The notes: generated from the letters alone by a model not told the origin. A stretch of DNA of 64,000 bases from an uncultured Leptospirales bacterium (GCA_964491265.1 CAZBFP010000007.1:58177-122176), one strand, 5' to 3'. Counted from the stretch's first letter, positions 29,402 through 38,651 are shown. Numbers and translations are program-made.

Positions 29402-30973
29402 ATGGCAAAGCAGAAACAGAATAATAACAGCAGTGAACCAATAGAAAAGCAGCTCTGGAAAGCTGCGGATAAGCTGAGGAAGAATATTGATGCTGCTGAG
29501 TATAAGCATGTGGTGCTGGGGCTCATATTTCTTAAATACATCTCCGCAGCTTTTGAAGAACTATATGAAAGACTGAAAGCCGGTGAAGGGGAATATGCCG
29601 GAGCAGACCCGGAAGATAAGGATGAATACAAGGCAGAGAACGTATTCTTTGTGCCTGAAACAGCCCGCTGGTCCTATATGCAGTCAAAAGCAAAGCTCCC
29701 CACTATAGGGAAAGATGTAGATGATGCCATGGATGCCATTGAAAAAGATAATCCCTCCCTTAAAGATGTGCTTCCGAAGGTATATGCCAGGGGCAATCTT
29801 GATCCGGTGAATCTTGGCGGTCTTATTGATCTGATTTCAAATATCGCTCTTGGTAAAGCTAAAGCCAGAAGCGCTGATCTTCTGGGCCATGTTTTTGAAT
29901 ACTTTCTCGGTGAGTTTGCCCTTGCTGAAGGGAAAAAGGGGGGGCAGTTCTATACTCCCCGCAGTGTTGTAGAACTTCTTGTAGAGATGCTTGAACCTTA
30001 TAAAGGACGGGTATTTGACCCCTGCTGCGGTTCAGGAGGGATGTTTGTTCAGTCAGAGAAATTTGTGCTTAATCACAGCGGGAAGATTAACGATATTTCA
30101 ATCTACGGACAGGAGAGTAATCTTACAACCTGGCGACTTGCCAAAATGAATCTTGCATTCCGGGGGATCGACAGCTCTCAGGTAAGATGGAACAATGAGG
30201 GCTCCTTTCTAAATGATACTCATAAAGATTTAAAAGCTGATTATGTAATAGCCAACCCTCCATTTAATGACAGTGACTGGAGCGGTGAACTGCTAAAGAA
30301 GGATGGCCGATGGCAGTTTGGAACTCCGCCTTCAGGTAATGCCAACTATGCATGGATACAGCACTTTCTTTATCACTTAAGCCCTACAGGAATAGCGGGC
30401 TTTGTTCTTGCCAAGGGATCTCTTACTTCAAAAAGCTCAGGAGAAGGGGATATCCGGAAATCACTGATTGAAGCAGGGCTTGTTGACTGTATAGTAAACC
30501 TCCCTGCAAAGCTATTTCTTAATACCCAGATTCCCGCATTTCTATGGTTTCTCAGCAGGGATAAAGGTAATGGCAAATACCGCAGCCGTACTGATGAGAT
30601 ATTATTCATAGATGCCCGGAATGAAGGTCACCTGATAAACCGCCGCTCTAAAGAGCTCTCTGAAGAGGATATTCAGAGGATAGCTGATACATATAGAAAA
30701 TGGAAAGATCCGAAAGGGGGATATGAAGATATTAAAGGTTTCTGTAACTCTACAGGTATTGATAGAGTGAGGGAGCTGGATTATGTTTTAACCCCGGGGA
30801 GATATGTGGGCCTTCCGGATGAAGAGGATGACTTTGATTTTAATGAAAGGTTTACCAGCCTTAAAGCTGAGTTTGAAGCTCAACTTAAGGAGGAGGCAGA
30901 GCTGAATAAGGTTATACTTGAGAATTTGAAGAAGGTGAACCCTTCGGCAGGCTCAGGGCGAGGTCTGGGATGA
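29402..30973 (+). CDS. hsdM: type I restriction-modification system methyltransferase subunit HsdM (N6-adenine)
   Basis: 523 aa; AdoMet motif [11 protein letters not shown]; catalytic NPPFN; N-terminal HsdM_N region. Confidence 0.95.
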   Translation: MAKQKQNNNSSEPIEKQLWKAADKLRKNIDAAEYKHVVLGLIFLKYISAAFEELYERLKAGEGEYAGADPEDKDEYKAENVFFVPETARWSYMQSKAKLPTIGKDVDDAMDAIEKDNPSLKDVLPKVYARGNLDPVNLGGLIDLISNIALGKAKARSADLLGHVFEYFLGEFALAEGKKGGQFYTPRSVVELLVEMLEPYKGRVFDPCCGSGGMFVQSEKFVLNHSGKINDISIYGQESNLTTWRLAKMNLAFRGIDSSQVRWNNEGSFLNDTHKDLKADYVIANPPFNDSDWSGELLKKDGRWQFGTPPSGNANYAWIQHFLYHLSPTGIAGFVLAKGSLTSKSSGEGDIRKSLIEAGLVDCIVNLPAKLFLNTQIPAFLWFLSRDKGNGKYRSRTDEILFIDARNEGHLINRRSKELSEEDIQRIADTYRKWKDPKGGYEDIKGFCNSTGIDRVRELDYVLTPGRYVGLPDEEDDFDFNERFTSLKAEFEAQLKEEAELNKVILENLKKVNPSAGSGRGLG

Positions 30974-32148
30974 GTGTGGTTCGGCAGGCTCACCAACCGT
31001 GGAGAGAATGTAAGCTGGGGGATGTTATTTATTCCAATGTTTCTAGTATAACTGCAAGCTATCCTCATAAAACAATTAAGTATCTTGATACTGGGTCGAT
31101 TACTTGTGGCAAGATAGATTCATTTCAAGAAATACCCTTAAGCGAGGCACCTTCAAGGGCAAAAAGGCTTGTAAAGGATGGTAGTATTGTTTATTCAACT
31201 GTCCGCCCCATACAGAGGCATTATGGTTACATTACAAATCCTCCAGAAAACCTTGTGGTCTCGACTGGATTTTCTGTGATAGAAACTCAACCTGACTTGG
31301 CTGATTCTTCATTTATTTATAACCTCCTGGCATTAAAAGATGTTATCGAATTACTTGATACGATTGCTGAAGGTTCAACTTCAGCTTATCCATCATTGAA
31401 ACCTGCCGACATTGAAAATCTCGACATCCTCCTCCCTCCTCTCCCCGAACAAAAGGCTATTGCCGGGGTTCTTTCCAGTCTCGACGACAAGATCGACCTT
31501 CTGCACCGGCAGAATAAAACACTGGAAGCCATGGCTGAAGCGTTGTTCCGGCAATGGTTTGTGGTAGAGGCTGATGCGAGCTGGGAGGAAGTGCCTTTAT
31601 CGACTTTCGCAGACAATATTCGTGATAATGCAAGAGTTGGAGAATTGTCAAAACATAAGTATTATGTTGGATTGGAACATATACCGCGTAGAAGAGTAAT
31701 TCTCGATTCATGGGGCGAAACTGGTTCCTTAGAAAGCAACAAATCAATCTTTAAACCACATGACATTCTATTTGGAAAACTCCGTTCCTACTTCCATAAA
31801 GTGGTATTTACCCCGATTGGCGGTGTATGTTCAACAGATATTCTCGTGATAAGACCCAAAAATGAGCAATGGCTTCCTTTCTGCCTCTTTTGGTTTTTTA
31901 GCAAAGAAGTTGTTGAGCATTCAGACCTTGGTTCTGGTGGCACTCGAATGCCCAGGACAAATTGGGAAATCGTAAGTGGCTACAAAGTACCATGCCCTAC
32001 CGAAGAACTGATTTTAGAGTTCAATAGAGTCGTTCGACCATCTCTTTGCAGAATGTTTCAAAATATTGATGCCATCCGCACCCTCGAAAAGCTCCGTAAC
32101 ACCTTGTTGCCCAAGCTGATGTCCGGTGAAGTGAGGGTAGCTGTATGA
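30970..32148 (+). CDS. hsdS: type I RM specificity subunit HsdS (two target-recognition domains)
   Basis: 392 aa; conserved central and C-terminal repeats [24 protein letters not shown]... / [17 protein letters not shown]; overlaps hsdM stop (ATGA). Confidence 0.9.
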   Translation: MSVVRQAHQPWRECKLGDVIYSNVSSITASYPHKTIKYLDTGSITCGKIDSFQEIPLSEAPSRAKRLVKDGSIVYSTVRPIQRHYGYITNPPENLVVSTGFSVIETQPDLADSSFIYNLLALKDVIELLDTIAEGSTSAYPSLKPADIENLDILLPPLPEQKAIAGVLSSLDDKIDLLHRQNKTLEAMAEALFRQWFVVEADASWEEVPLSTFADNIRDNARVGELSKHKYYVGLEHIPRRRVILDSWGETGSLESNKSIFKPHDILFGKLRSYFHKVVFTPIGGVCSTDILVIRPKNEQWLPFCLFWFFSKEVVEHSDLGSGGTRMPRTNWEIVSGYKVPCPTEELILEFNRVVRPSLCRMFQNIDAIRTLEKLRNTLLPKLMSGEVRVAV

Positions 32149-33251
32149 GTAGCAGCAGGAAGGATAGTATGCCATGTAAAGACGCGATTAATCGCGTCTT
32201 TACGGTAGATGCATTATCCACAGAAGATCATCTCACCGCAGAGGATCGTATCGCCACAGAAGATCATGACACCGCAGAGGATCGTATCACCACAGAAGAT
32301 CATCTCACCACAGAAGATCATGTCACCGCAGAGGATCGTATCACCACAGAAGATCATGACACCGCAGAGGATCGTATCGTCACAGAAGATCATGTCACCG
32401 CAGAGGATCGTATCACCACAGAAGATCATGACACCGCAGAGGATCGTATCGTCACAGAAGATCATGTCACCGCAGAGGATCGTATCACCACAGAAGATCA
32501 TGACACCGCAGAGGATCGTATCGTCACAGAAGATCATCTCATCACAGAGGATACAGTCATCAAAAAAGGTCATATCACCAGAAAAGATAACCTTTACAAA
32601 AACAAATACCGAATCTCGTCAACCAGATTGCAGAATTGGGATTACGGATGGAACGCCGCATATTTTATCACAATATGCACGAAAAATCGTCTGCCTTTTT
32701 TTGGCAATGTTAACAATGGGAAAATGATGATGACGGATGCGGGATTGATTGTAGAAAAATATTGGCATGAAATCCCGGCGCATTTTTCGTTCGTTTCGTT
32801 GGGGACGTTCGTCGTAATGCCGAATCATATTCACGGAATTGTTGTTATCAATAAAAAAAATGACGGTTATGGAAATACCGATCGTTATCGTAGAGACGCG
32901 ATTAATCGCGTCTCTACGTTATCCGTTGACGAAACGTTATCCGTTGACGAAACGTTATCCGTTGACGAAACGTTATCCGTTGACGGAACGTTATCCGTTG
33001 ACGGAACGGCATCCGTTAAACGGGGCGGTATAACCGGGAATAACAATCCCATGATTAATGATAATTTATCCAAAATAATCAGATGGTATAAAGGACGTTC
33101 ATCATTTGAATCACGAAAAATTGCACCTGAATTTGCATGGCAATCACGGTTCTACGAACACATCATCCGCAATGATGAATCATATTATCGAATATCTGAA
33201 TATATAAATAACAACCCCGCAAACTGGCAAAAGGATGATTTTTATGCCTAA
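32145..33251 (+). CDS. IS200/IS605-like HuH-Y1 transposase of RAYT type, chimeric with in-frame palindromes and 18-nt tandem repeats
   Basis: 368 aa single frame; RAYT core WDYGWNAAYFITICTKNRLPFFG...VVMPNHIHGIVVI (HuH) and LSKIIRWYKGRSS...WQSRFYEHIIRNDESY (Y1 helix); N-terminal 120 aa and a 50-aa internal loop encoded by repeats. Confidence 0.6.
   Translation: MSSSRKDSMPCKDAINRVFTVDALSTEDHLTAEDRIATEDHDTAEDRITTEDHLTTEDHVTAEDRITTEDHDTAEDRIVTEDHVTAEDRITTEDHDTAEDRIVTEDHVTAEDRITTEDHDTAEDRIVTEDHLITEDTVIKKGHITRKDNLYKNKYRISSTRLQNWDYGWNAAYFITICTKNRLPFFGNVNNGKMMMTDAGLIVEKYWHEIPAHFSFVSLGTFVVMPNHIHGIVVINKKNDGYGNTDRYRRDAINRVSTLSVDETLSVDETLSVDETLSVDGTLSVDGTASVKRGGITGNNNPMINDNLSKIIRWYKGRSSFESRKIAPEFAWQSRFYEHIIRNDESYYRISEYINNNPANWQKDDFYA
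32176..32203. repeat. perfect 28-nt palindrome GTAAAGACGCGATTAATCGCGTCTTTAC
   Basis: Read directly; second perfect palindrome with identical core at 32890..32917. Confidence 0.9.
32219..32560 (+). repeat. tandem array of ~19 x 18-nt units (CACAGAAGATCATNNCAC / CGCAGAGGATCGTATCRY), in frame (TEDHxT / AEDRIx)
   Basis: Contiguous head-to-tail units with 72-nt higher-order periodicity; no spacers (not CRISPR). Confidence 0.9.
32890..32917. repeat. perfect 28-nt palindrome GTAGAGACGCGATTAATCGCGTCTCTAC (GTAG...CTAC ends)
   Basis: Read directly; lies inside the RAYT ORF between the HuH motif and the Y1 helix. Confidence 0.9.
32919..33008 (+). repeat. tandem array of 5 x 18-nt units TTATCCGTTGACGAAACG (LSVDET), in frame within RAYT ORF
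   Basis: Three exact copies, two with A>G variant, one degenerate. Confidence 0.9.
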
Positions 33252-33498
33252 GAAGCGATCCCTTCCTGACAATCAGATCACCTTTTATCAGACCCCGGAC
33301 GGTACTGTAAATATAGAGGTGATGTATGCCAATGAGAACATCTGGCTTTCTCAAAAGCGGATGGCTGAACTTTTTGACTGCACTCCGGACAATATTTCTC
33401 TTCATCTTAAGAATATTTACTCAGAGAAGGAATTGGATGAAAGATCAACTGCCGAGGATTTCCCGGTAGTTCAAATAATCGAGGTTTGTTATGGATGA
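33235..33498 (+). CDS. truncated paralog of RhuM-family N-terminal domain
   Basis: 87 aa; TFYQTPDGTVNIEVMYANENIWLSQKRMAELF parallels N-terminus of next gene (IYTGPDGRVNVEVYIQDETVWLTQKRMAELF). Confidence 0.5.
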   Translation: MIFMPKKRSLPDNQITFYQTPDGTVNIEVMYANENIWLSQKRMAELFDCTPDNISLHLKNIYSEKELDERSTAEDFPVVQIIEVCYG

Positions 33499-34510
33499 GA
33501 ACACAACTAATTTTCTTATTTATACAGGTCCAGATGGGCGGGTCAACGTTGAAGTATATATTCAGGATGAAACCGTTTGGCTAACCCAGAAACGAATGGC
33601 TGAACTATTTTCAGTGGATGTTCGTACGATAAGTGAGCATCTGCGCAATATATTTAAAAGTAATGAATTGGACGAAGCTGCAACTATCCGGAAAATCCGG
33701 ACAGTTCAAAAAGAAGGTTCCCGTGATGTTTCACGGCTCTTGGATTTTTATAGTTTGGACGGTATCATAGCTGTTGGCTATCGGGTAAACTCCTACCAGG
33801 CTACACGTTTCCGTGTATGGGCCACAAAAGTCCTGAAGGAATACATAATTAAGGGGTTTGTCCTGGATGACGAACGTCTCAAACAGGGGAAAACCGTTTT
33901 CGGAAAAGATTATTTCGAAGAACTCCTTGAGCGTATTCGTGAAATACGGGCAAGCGAAAGGCGATTCTACCAGAAAATTACCGATATTTACGCGCTGGCC
34001 GCAGATTATGATAAGAATGCACCGATTACCAAAGAATTTTTTGCGACAGTGCAGAATAAACTTCACTGGGCTATAACCGGTAAAACTGCGGCTGAAATCA
34101 TTTACGATTCAGCGGATGCAAAAAAGATCTACATGGGATTAACAAACTGGAAACAGGCTCCTGACGGGAAAATATTAAAATCGGATGTGAGCGTCGCTAA
34201 AAATTATCTTAATAAAGCACATATTGATGAACTGAACAGAATTGTCTCTGCCTATCTCGATCTTGCTGAAAATCAGGCAAAACGGGGTATTATTACCCGA
34301 ATGGAAGACTGGGTAAAATTTCTGAATGATTTTCTGGAACTTTCACGATACCCTATTCTGAACGAAAAAGGGAGAGTTTCCGCTCTTGAAGGAAAACTGA
34401 AAGCTGAACAGGAGTTTGAAGAATATCGAGTCATTCAGGATGAAAATTATATCTCAGATTTCGATAAAGAAATCAAACGGATTACAGGGCACAGTGATGA
34501 TAAGAAATAA
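33491..34510 (+). CDS. RhuM-family (virulence protein RhuM-like) protein
   Basis: 339 aa; characteristic N-terminal domain plus conserved central region GYRVNSYQATRFRVWATKVLKEYIIKGFVLDDERL; family often embedded in type I RM loci. Confidence 0.8.
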   Translation: MDENTTNFLIYTGPDGRVNVEVYIQDETVWLTQKRMAELFSVDVRTISEHLRNIFKSNELDEAATIRKIRTVQKEGSRDVSRLLDFYSLDGIIAVGYRVNSYQATRFRVWATKVLKEYIIKGFVLDDERLKQGKTVFGKDYFEELLERIREIRASERRFYQKITDIYALAADYDKNAPITKEFFATVQNKLHWAITGKTAAEIIYDSADAKKIYMGLTNWKQAPDGKILKSDVSVAKNYLNKAHIDELNRIVSAYLDLAENQAKRGIITRMEDWVKFLNDFLELSRYPILNEKGRVSALEGKLKAEQEFEEYRVIQDENYISDFDKEIKRITGHSDDKK

Positions 34511-37500
34511 AATAACAGAATCATCTGTAGAACAGTACGCCATAGAACTCCTCCAGGCTCAGGGATATGAATATCTTCATGGCCAGGAAATCGCTCCAGA
34601 CAGTGATAATCCCCAGCGCTCATCATTTGATGAAGTATTACTCTTAAATATTCTTAAAGACGCAATAGCAGCAATCAATCCATCTATCCCTCCTGATGCT
34701 CAGGCTGACGCATTAAAACAGATTCAGAGGATCAACTCTCCTGAGCTTATTACAAACAATGAAACCTTTCATAGAATGCTGACCGAAGGGATAAACATAA
34801 CCTATCGCAAAGACGGTAACAGCAGAGGTGATAAGGTCTGGCTTATTGATTATGAAAATCCCGGGAACAACCGGTTTTTCGCAGTTAATCAGTTTACAGT
34901 CACAGATCACAGCAGAACAGGACATACTGTAAATAAGCGGCCCGACATTGTGCTGTTTGTAAACGGCATCCCCCTTGTGGTTATTGAACTTAAAAACCCG
35001 GCGGTTGAAGATGCAAATATAAATTCAGCATTCAGGCAGCTTCAAACCTATGTAGATGCTATCCCCGCGCTGTTTGCATATAACGGAATTATGATTATAT
35101 CAGACGGACTTGAAGCAAGGGCAGGTACTATATCGTCCGGACTGAGCAGATTCATGTCCTGGAAAACTGCTGACGGCAGAACAGAAGCATCCTCCCTTAT
35201 CAGCCCGCTTGAGGTAATTATTCAGGGTATGCTTAACAAAGAGACACTCATTGACCTTATCCGTCATTTTATTGTATTTGAGCAGTCAAAACGAGAGGAT
35301 AGGGACACCAGAATTATTACTATTCAGACGGTAAAAAAGCTGGCTGCTTATCATCAGTACTATGCTGTAAACAAAGCTGTCTGGTCAACTATGAGGGCTT
35401 CAGGATATATTTATCAGGCCGAATACACCTCTAAAGCTATTCCGGTAATGGATTCCTTTGATGTATATAAAGTTGATAAAAAAGTATCTCAAAAGTCGGG
35501 GGATAGAAAAGGGGGTGTGGTATGGCATACCCAGGGTTCCGGCAAATCACTATCAATGGTGTTTTACACTGGCCGCATAGTCCTGGCTCTCAATAATCCC
35601 ACTGTTCTGGTTATAACAGATCGTAACGATCTTGATGATCAGCTTTATGATACCTTTGCTTCCTCAAAGCAGTTATTAAGACAGGAGCCGGTACAGGCAA
35701 AGGATAGAGATCACCTTAAAACACTGCTTAAGGTTGCCTCCGGAGGAGTTGTTTTTACTACAATTCAAAAGTTCCAGCCGGATGCTTCGGCAGGCTCAGC
35801 AACCGGAGCAAAGTATGAAACCCTTTCAGAAAGAGAAAATATAATCGTAATAGCTGATGAAGCTCACCGGACTCAGTACGGCTTCAAAGCAAAGACTATT
35901 GATGATAAAGATGAGAATGGGAATGTCATAGGCAAGAAAGTAGTTTACGGCTTTGCCAAATATATGAGAGATGCTTTGCCTAATGCTACCTATCTCGGAT
36001 TTACCGGTACACCCATAGAAAATACAGATGTTAATACTCCGGCTGTATTCGGCAATTATGTGGATGTCTATGATGTGAGCCAGGCAGTGGAAGATGGCGC
36101 CACAGTAAGGATATTCTACGAAAGCAGACTGGCAAAGATTAATCTCAGTGATGAAGGGAGAACCCTGATTAAAGATTTTGATGATGAGCTTGCTGAAGAA
36201 GAGGTATCTGAATCACAGAAAGCAAAGGCTAAATGGACTCAGCTTGAAGCACTTATCGGCAGTTCTCAGAGGATTAAACAGGTTGCTGAAGATATCGTTA
36301 AACACTTTACGCTTCGTCAGGAGGTTTTTGAGGGGAAAGGAATGATTGTTGCAATGTCCAGGAGAATTGCAGCTGAACTTTATAAAGAGATAATAGCTCT
36401 CAAGCCTGAATGGCATAGTGATGAATTGCGAAAAGGTGCTGTTAAGGTAGTAATGACATCTGCTTCATCTGATGGTCCGGAAATTTCGAAGCATTACACA
36501 ACAAAGGAACAGCGGGGCATATTATCTGACCGTATGAAAGATCCTGATGATGAACTCAAACTGGTTATAGTCAGAGACATGTGGCTTACAGGTTTTGACG
36601 TACCCTCACTCCATACCCTTTATATGGACAAGCCTATGAAGGGACACAACCTGATGCAGGCAATAGCCAGGGTGAATCGGGTTTACAAAGATAAAAAGGG
36701 GGGGCTTATAGTCGATTATCTGGGCATAGCAGCTGATCTTAAAGAGGCTCTTTCATTTTACTCCGACTCAGGAGGGAAAGGCGATCCGGCGGTGGCTCAG
36801 GAGCAGGCTGTGCAGTTGATGCTGGAAAAGCTGGAAATTGTATCGCAGATGTTTCATGGCTTTGCATATGAGGAATACTTTGAAGCAGATACAGGGAGAA
36901 AGCTCTCACTTATCCTTGAAGCTGAGGAGCATATCCTGGGACTTGAAAACGGCAGAAAGAGATATATTGATGAAGTAACTGCCCTGTCTCAGTCTTTTGC
37001 CATAGCAGTACCACATGACCAGGCAATGGATGTGAAGGATGAGGTCGCATTCTTTCAGGCTGTTAAGGCCCGGCTTGTAAAATTTGACAGTACAGGTACA
37101 GGAATGACCGATGCAGAGATGGAGAGTGCGATCCGTCAGATTGTTGATAAAGCCCTTGTGTCGGATCAGGTGATTGATATTTTTGACGCCGCGGGTATAA
37201 AGAAACCTGATATCTCTATTCTTTCAGATGAATTTCTTCTTGAAGTAAAGAACATGCAGCATAAGAACCTTGCTCTTGAACTCCTTAATAAACTCTTAAA
37301 TGATGAAATCAAATCCCGGACCAAAAAGAACGTGGTACAGTCTAAAAGCCTTATGGATATGCTGCAGGATTCGATTAAACGCTACCACGCAAAGGTAATA
37401 ACAGCAGCTGAAGTCATTGAAGAACTGATTGAGCTGTCAAAAGAGATCAACAGGATGGATAAGGAGCCGGAAGAGATGGGGCTTACAGATTATGAGTACG

Positions 37501-37766
37501 CCTTCTATTCGGCTATAGCGGATAACAATAGCGCAAAAGAGGTTATGGGTCAGGAAAAACTGAGGGAACTGGCTGTAGTTTTATACAACAAAGTTAAAGA
37601 AAACGCTTCTATAGACTGGACTATTAAAGAGAGCGTAAAGGCAAAACTGAAAGTAATAGTCAAACGGATTCTTCGACAATACGGTTATCCTCCAGATATG
37701 CAGATGCTGGCAACTGAAACTGTGCTGAAACAGGCGGAATTAATTGCTGAGGAACTGGTTAAATAA
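34497..37766 (+). CDS. hsdR: type I RM restriction endonuclease/helicase subunit HsdR
   Basis: ORF track 34416..37766; ATG 34497 chosen; SF2 helicase motifs GSGKS, DEAH (IADEAHRTQ), motif VI QAIARVNR; N-terminal nuclease domain. Confidence 0.95.
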   Translation: MIRNKITESSVEQYAIELLQAQGYEYLHGQEIAPDSDNPQRSSFDEVLLLNILKDAIAAINPSIPPDAQADALKQIQRINSPELITNNETFHRMLTEGINITYRKDGNSRGDKVWLIDYENPGNNRFFAVNQFTVTDHSRTGHTVNKRPDIVLFVNGIPLVVIELKNPAVEDANINSAFRQLQTYVDAIPALFAYNGIMIISDGLEARAGTISSGLSRFMSWKTADGRTEASSLISPLEVIIQGMLNKETLIDLIRHFIVFEQSKREDRDTRIITIQTVKKLAAYHQYYAVNKAVWSTMRASGYIYQAEYTSKAIPVMDSFDVYKVDKKVSQKSGDRKGGVVWHTQGSGKSLSMVFYTGRIVLALNNPTVLVITDRNDLDDQLYDTFASSKQLLRQEPVQAKDRDHLKTLLKVASGGVVFTTIQKFQPDASAGSATGAKYETLSERENIIVIADEAHRTQYGFKAKTIDDKDENGNVIGKKVVYGFAKYMRDALPNATYLGFTGTPIENTDVNTPAVFGNYVDVYDVSQAVEDGATVRIFYESRLAKINLSDEGRTLIKDFDDELAEEEVSESQKAKAKWTQLEALIGSSQRIKQVAEDIVKHFTLRQEVFEGKGMIVAMSRRIAAELYKEIIALKPEWHSDELRKGAVKVVMTSASSDGPEISKHYTTKEQRGILSDRMKDPDDELKLVIVRDMWLTGFDVPSLHTLYMDKPMKGHNLMQAIARVNRVYKDKKGGLIVDYLGIAADLKEALSFYSDSGGKGDPAVAQEQAVQLMLEKLEIVSQMFHGFAYEEYFEADTGRKLSLILEAEEHILGLENGRKRYIDEVTALSQSFAIAVPHDQAMDVKDEVAFFQAVKARLVKFDSTGTGMTDAEMESAIRQIVDKALVSDQVIDIFDAAGIKKPDISILSDEFLLEVKNMQHKNLALELLNKLLNDEIKSRTKKNVVQSKSLMDMLQDSIKRYHAKVITAAEVIEELIELSKEINRMDKEPEEMGLTDYEYAFYSAIADNNSAKEVMGQEKLRELAVVLYNKVKENASIDWTIKESVKAKLKVIVKRILRQYGYPPDMQMLATETVLKQAELIAEELVK

Positions 37767-37788
37767 AGGTTTCACTTTTAAAGAGAAT

Positions 37789-38136
37789 ATGGAGTACACC
37801 ATGAAATTTGTCAACCGCTCATACCTGATAGTTAAGCCCAGGCAGCCATATATTGACTGGGTTAGAAGCTTCGATGATTCTGTAGAGATAGACGATTTAA
37901 TTATTCAGAAAACAATTTATCTTGTTGATGAGCCAGAATTTGATTCCCCTGAAGAGATAAATAACATTATCAAAAAGGTTTGCCGGGATATATTTGTTAG
38001 TGAGCTGGAAGCATGGTATACAGATAAGGAGAGCTTCCCCAAAGATATGACATATAAAGCTTTTAAGCAGTGGTTTGATGTTGAATATGTCGATCTCGGG
38101 TTTGATCTTTCTGAGTATGAATTGATAGCGGAGTAG
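37789..38136 (+). CDS. hypothetical protein (island cargo)
   Basis: ORF track 37744..38136; internal ATGs at 37789/37801 with GGAG; no family assignment. Confidence 0.4.
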   Translation: MEYTMKFVNRSYLIVKPRQPYIDWVRSFDDSVEIDDLIIQKTIYLVDEPEFDSPEEINNIIKKVCRDIFVSELEAWYTDKESFPKDMTYKAFKQWFDVEYVDLGFDLSEYELIAE

Positions 38137-38143
38137 TTAAAAT

Positions 38144-38329
38144 GATCCCTCTCACTCATATGCTCAGGCATTACTGGATCAGGGGGTAGGGCTTGAAGAC
38201 ATTCAGTCTCTACTGGGCCACGAGGATATAAAAACTACTCAAAAAAGGTATGCCATGTTTGCAAGGCCCGATCTTCACAGTAAGGCGGAAAAGATCAGTA
38301 ATGTCATACGCTTTAAAAGAGTCGGGTAA
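38144..38329 (+). pseudogene. C-terminal remnant (~60 aa) of a tyrosine recombinase/integrase
   Basis: Translation HSYAQALLDQGVGLEDIQSLLGHEDIKTTQKRYAMF matches integrase box II (H..R...LLGH...TT..Y); in-frame stop directly upstream, so no N-terminal domains. Confidence 0.6.
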
Positions 38330-38380
38330 TATGGTCAATATATGGTCAACGCTATCTAAATTTGCACTACAAATTAAATC

Positions 38381-38415
38381 AAGACACAAAAAAGCCCTGA
38401 TTAAATCAGGGCTTA
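38381..38415 (-). terminator. rho-independent terminator downstream of tRNA-Pro (stem AAGCCCTGAT/ATCAGGGCTT + TTTTTTG on minus strand)
   Basis: Reverse complement reads AAGCCCTGATTTAATCAGGGCTTTTTTGTG. Confidence 0.6.
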
Positions 38416-38418
38416 AAT

Positions 38419-38492
38419 TCGGGGTGACAGGATTTGAACCTGCGACCACATGACCCCCAGTCATGTGCGCTACCTGGCTGCGCTACACCCCG
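38419..38492 (-). tRNA. tRNA-Pro (anticodon GGG)
   Basis: Reverse complement CGGGGTGTAGCGCAGCCAGGTAGCGCACATGACTGGGGGTCATGTGGTCGCAGGTTCAAATCCTGTCACCCCGA folds as cloverleaf; anticodon loop CTGGGGG; T-loop GGTTCAAATCC; CCA not encoded. Confidence 0.85.
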
Positions 38493-38651
38493 GCAGTTAT
38501 TTTCAGGTAATACATAATTTTTTTTCTGAAGAAGAAAGTCAATTATTTTTTTCTATTATGTCTTATAGCAGTGAATAAAATGCCCCCTGTGCGTCCGGTT
38601 TCCCTCTGCACAGGGGGCAAATAATGTAAAGGCGTGTGCTGCTAAAAAATA

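Noticed and set aside
32219-32560. Possible CRISPR array
   Set aside because: The units are contiguous with no unique spacers. The unit is 18 nt and sits in a coding frame. No cas genes are nearby.
32209-32727. ORFs in alternative frames over the 18-nt tandem repeats (32209..32727 +, 32214..32573 -, 32839..33033 +, 32885..33073 -)
   Set aside because: Tandem repeats whose unit is a multiple of 3 keep every frame open. The frame carrying the HuH and Y1 motifs (32145..33251) is the only one with recognisable protein signal. The others translate to low-complexity artefacts.
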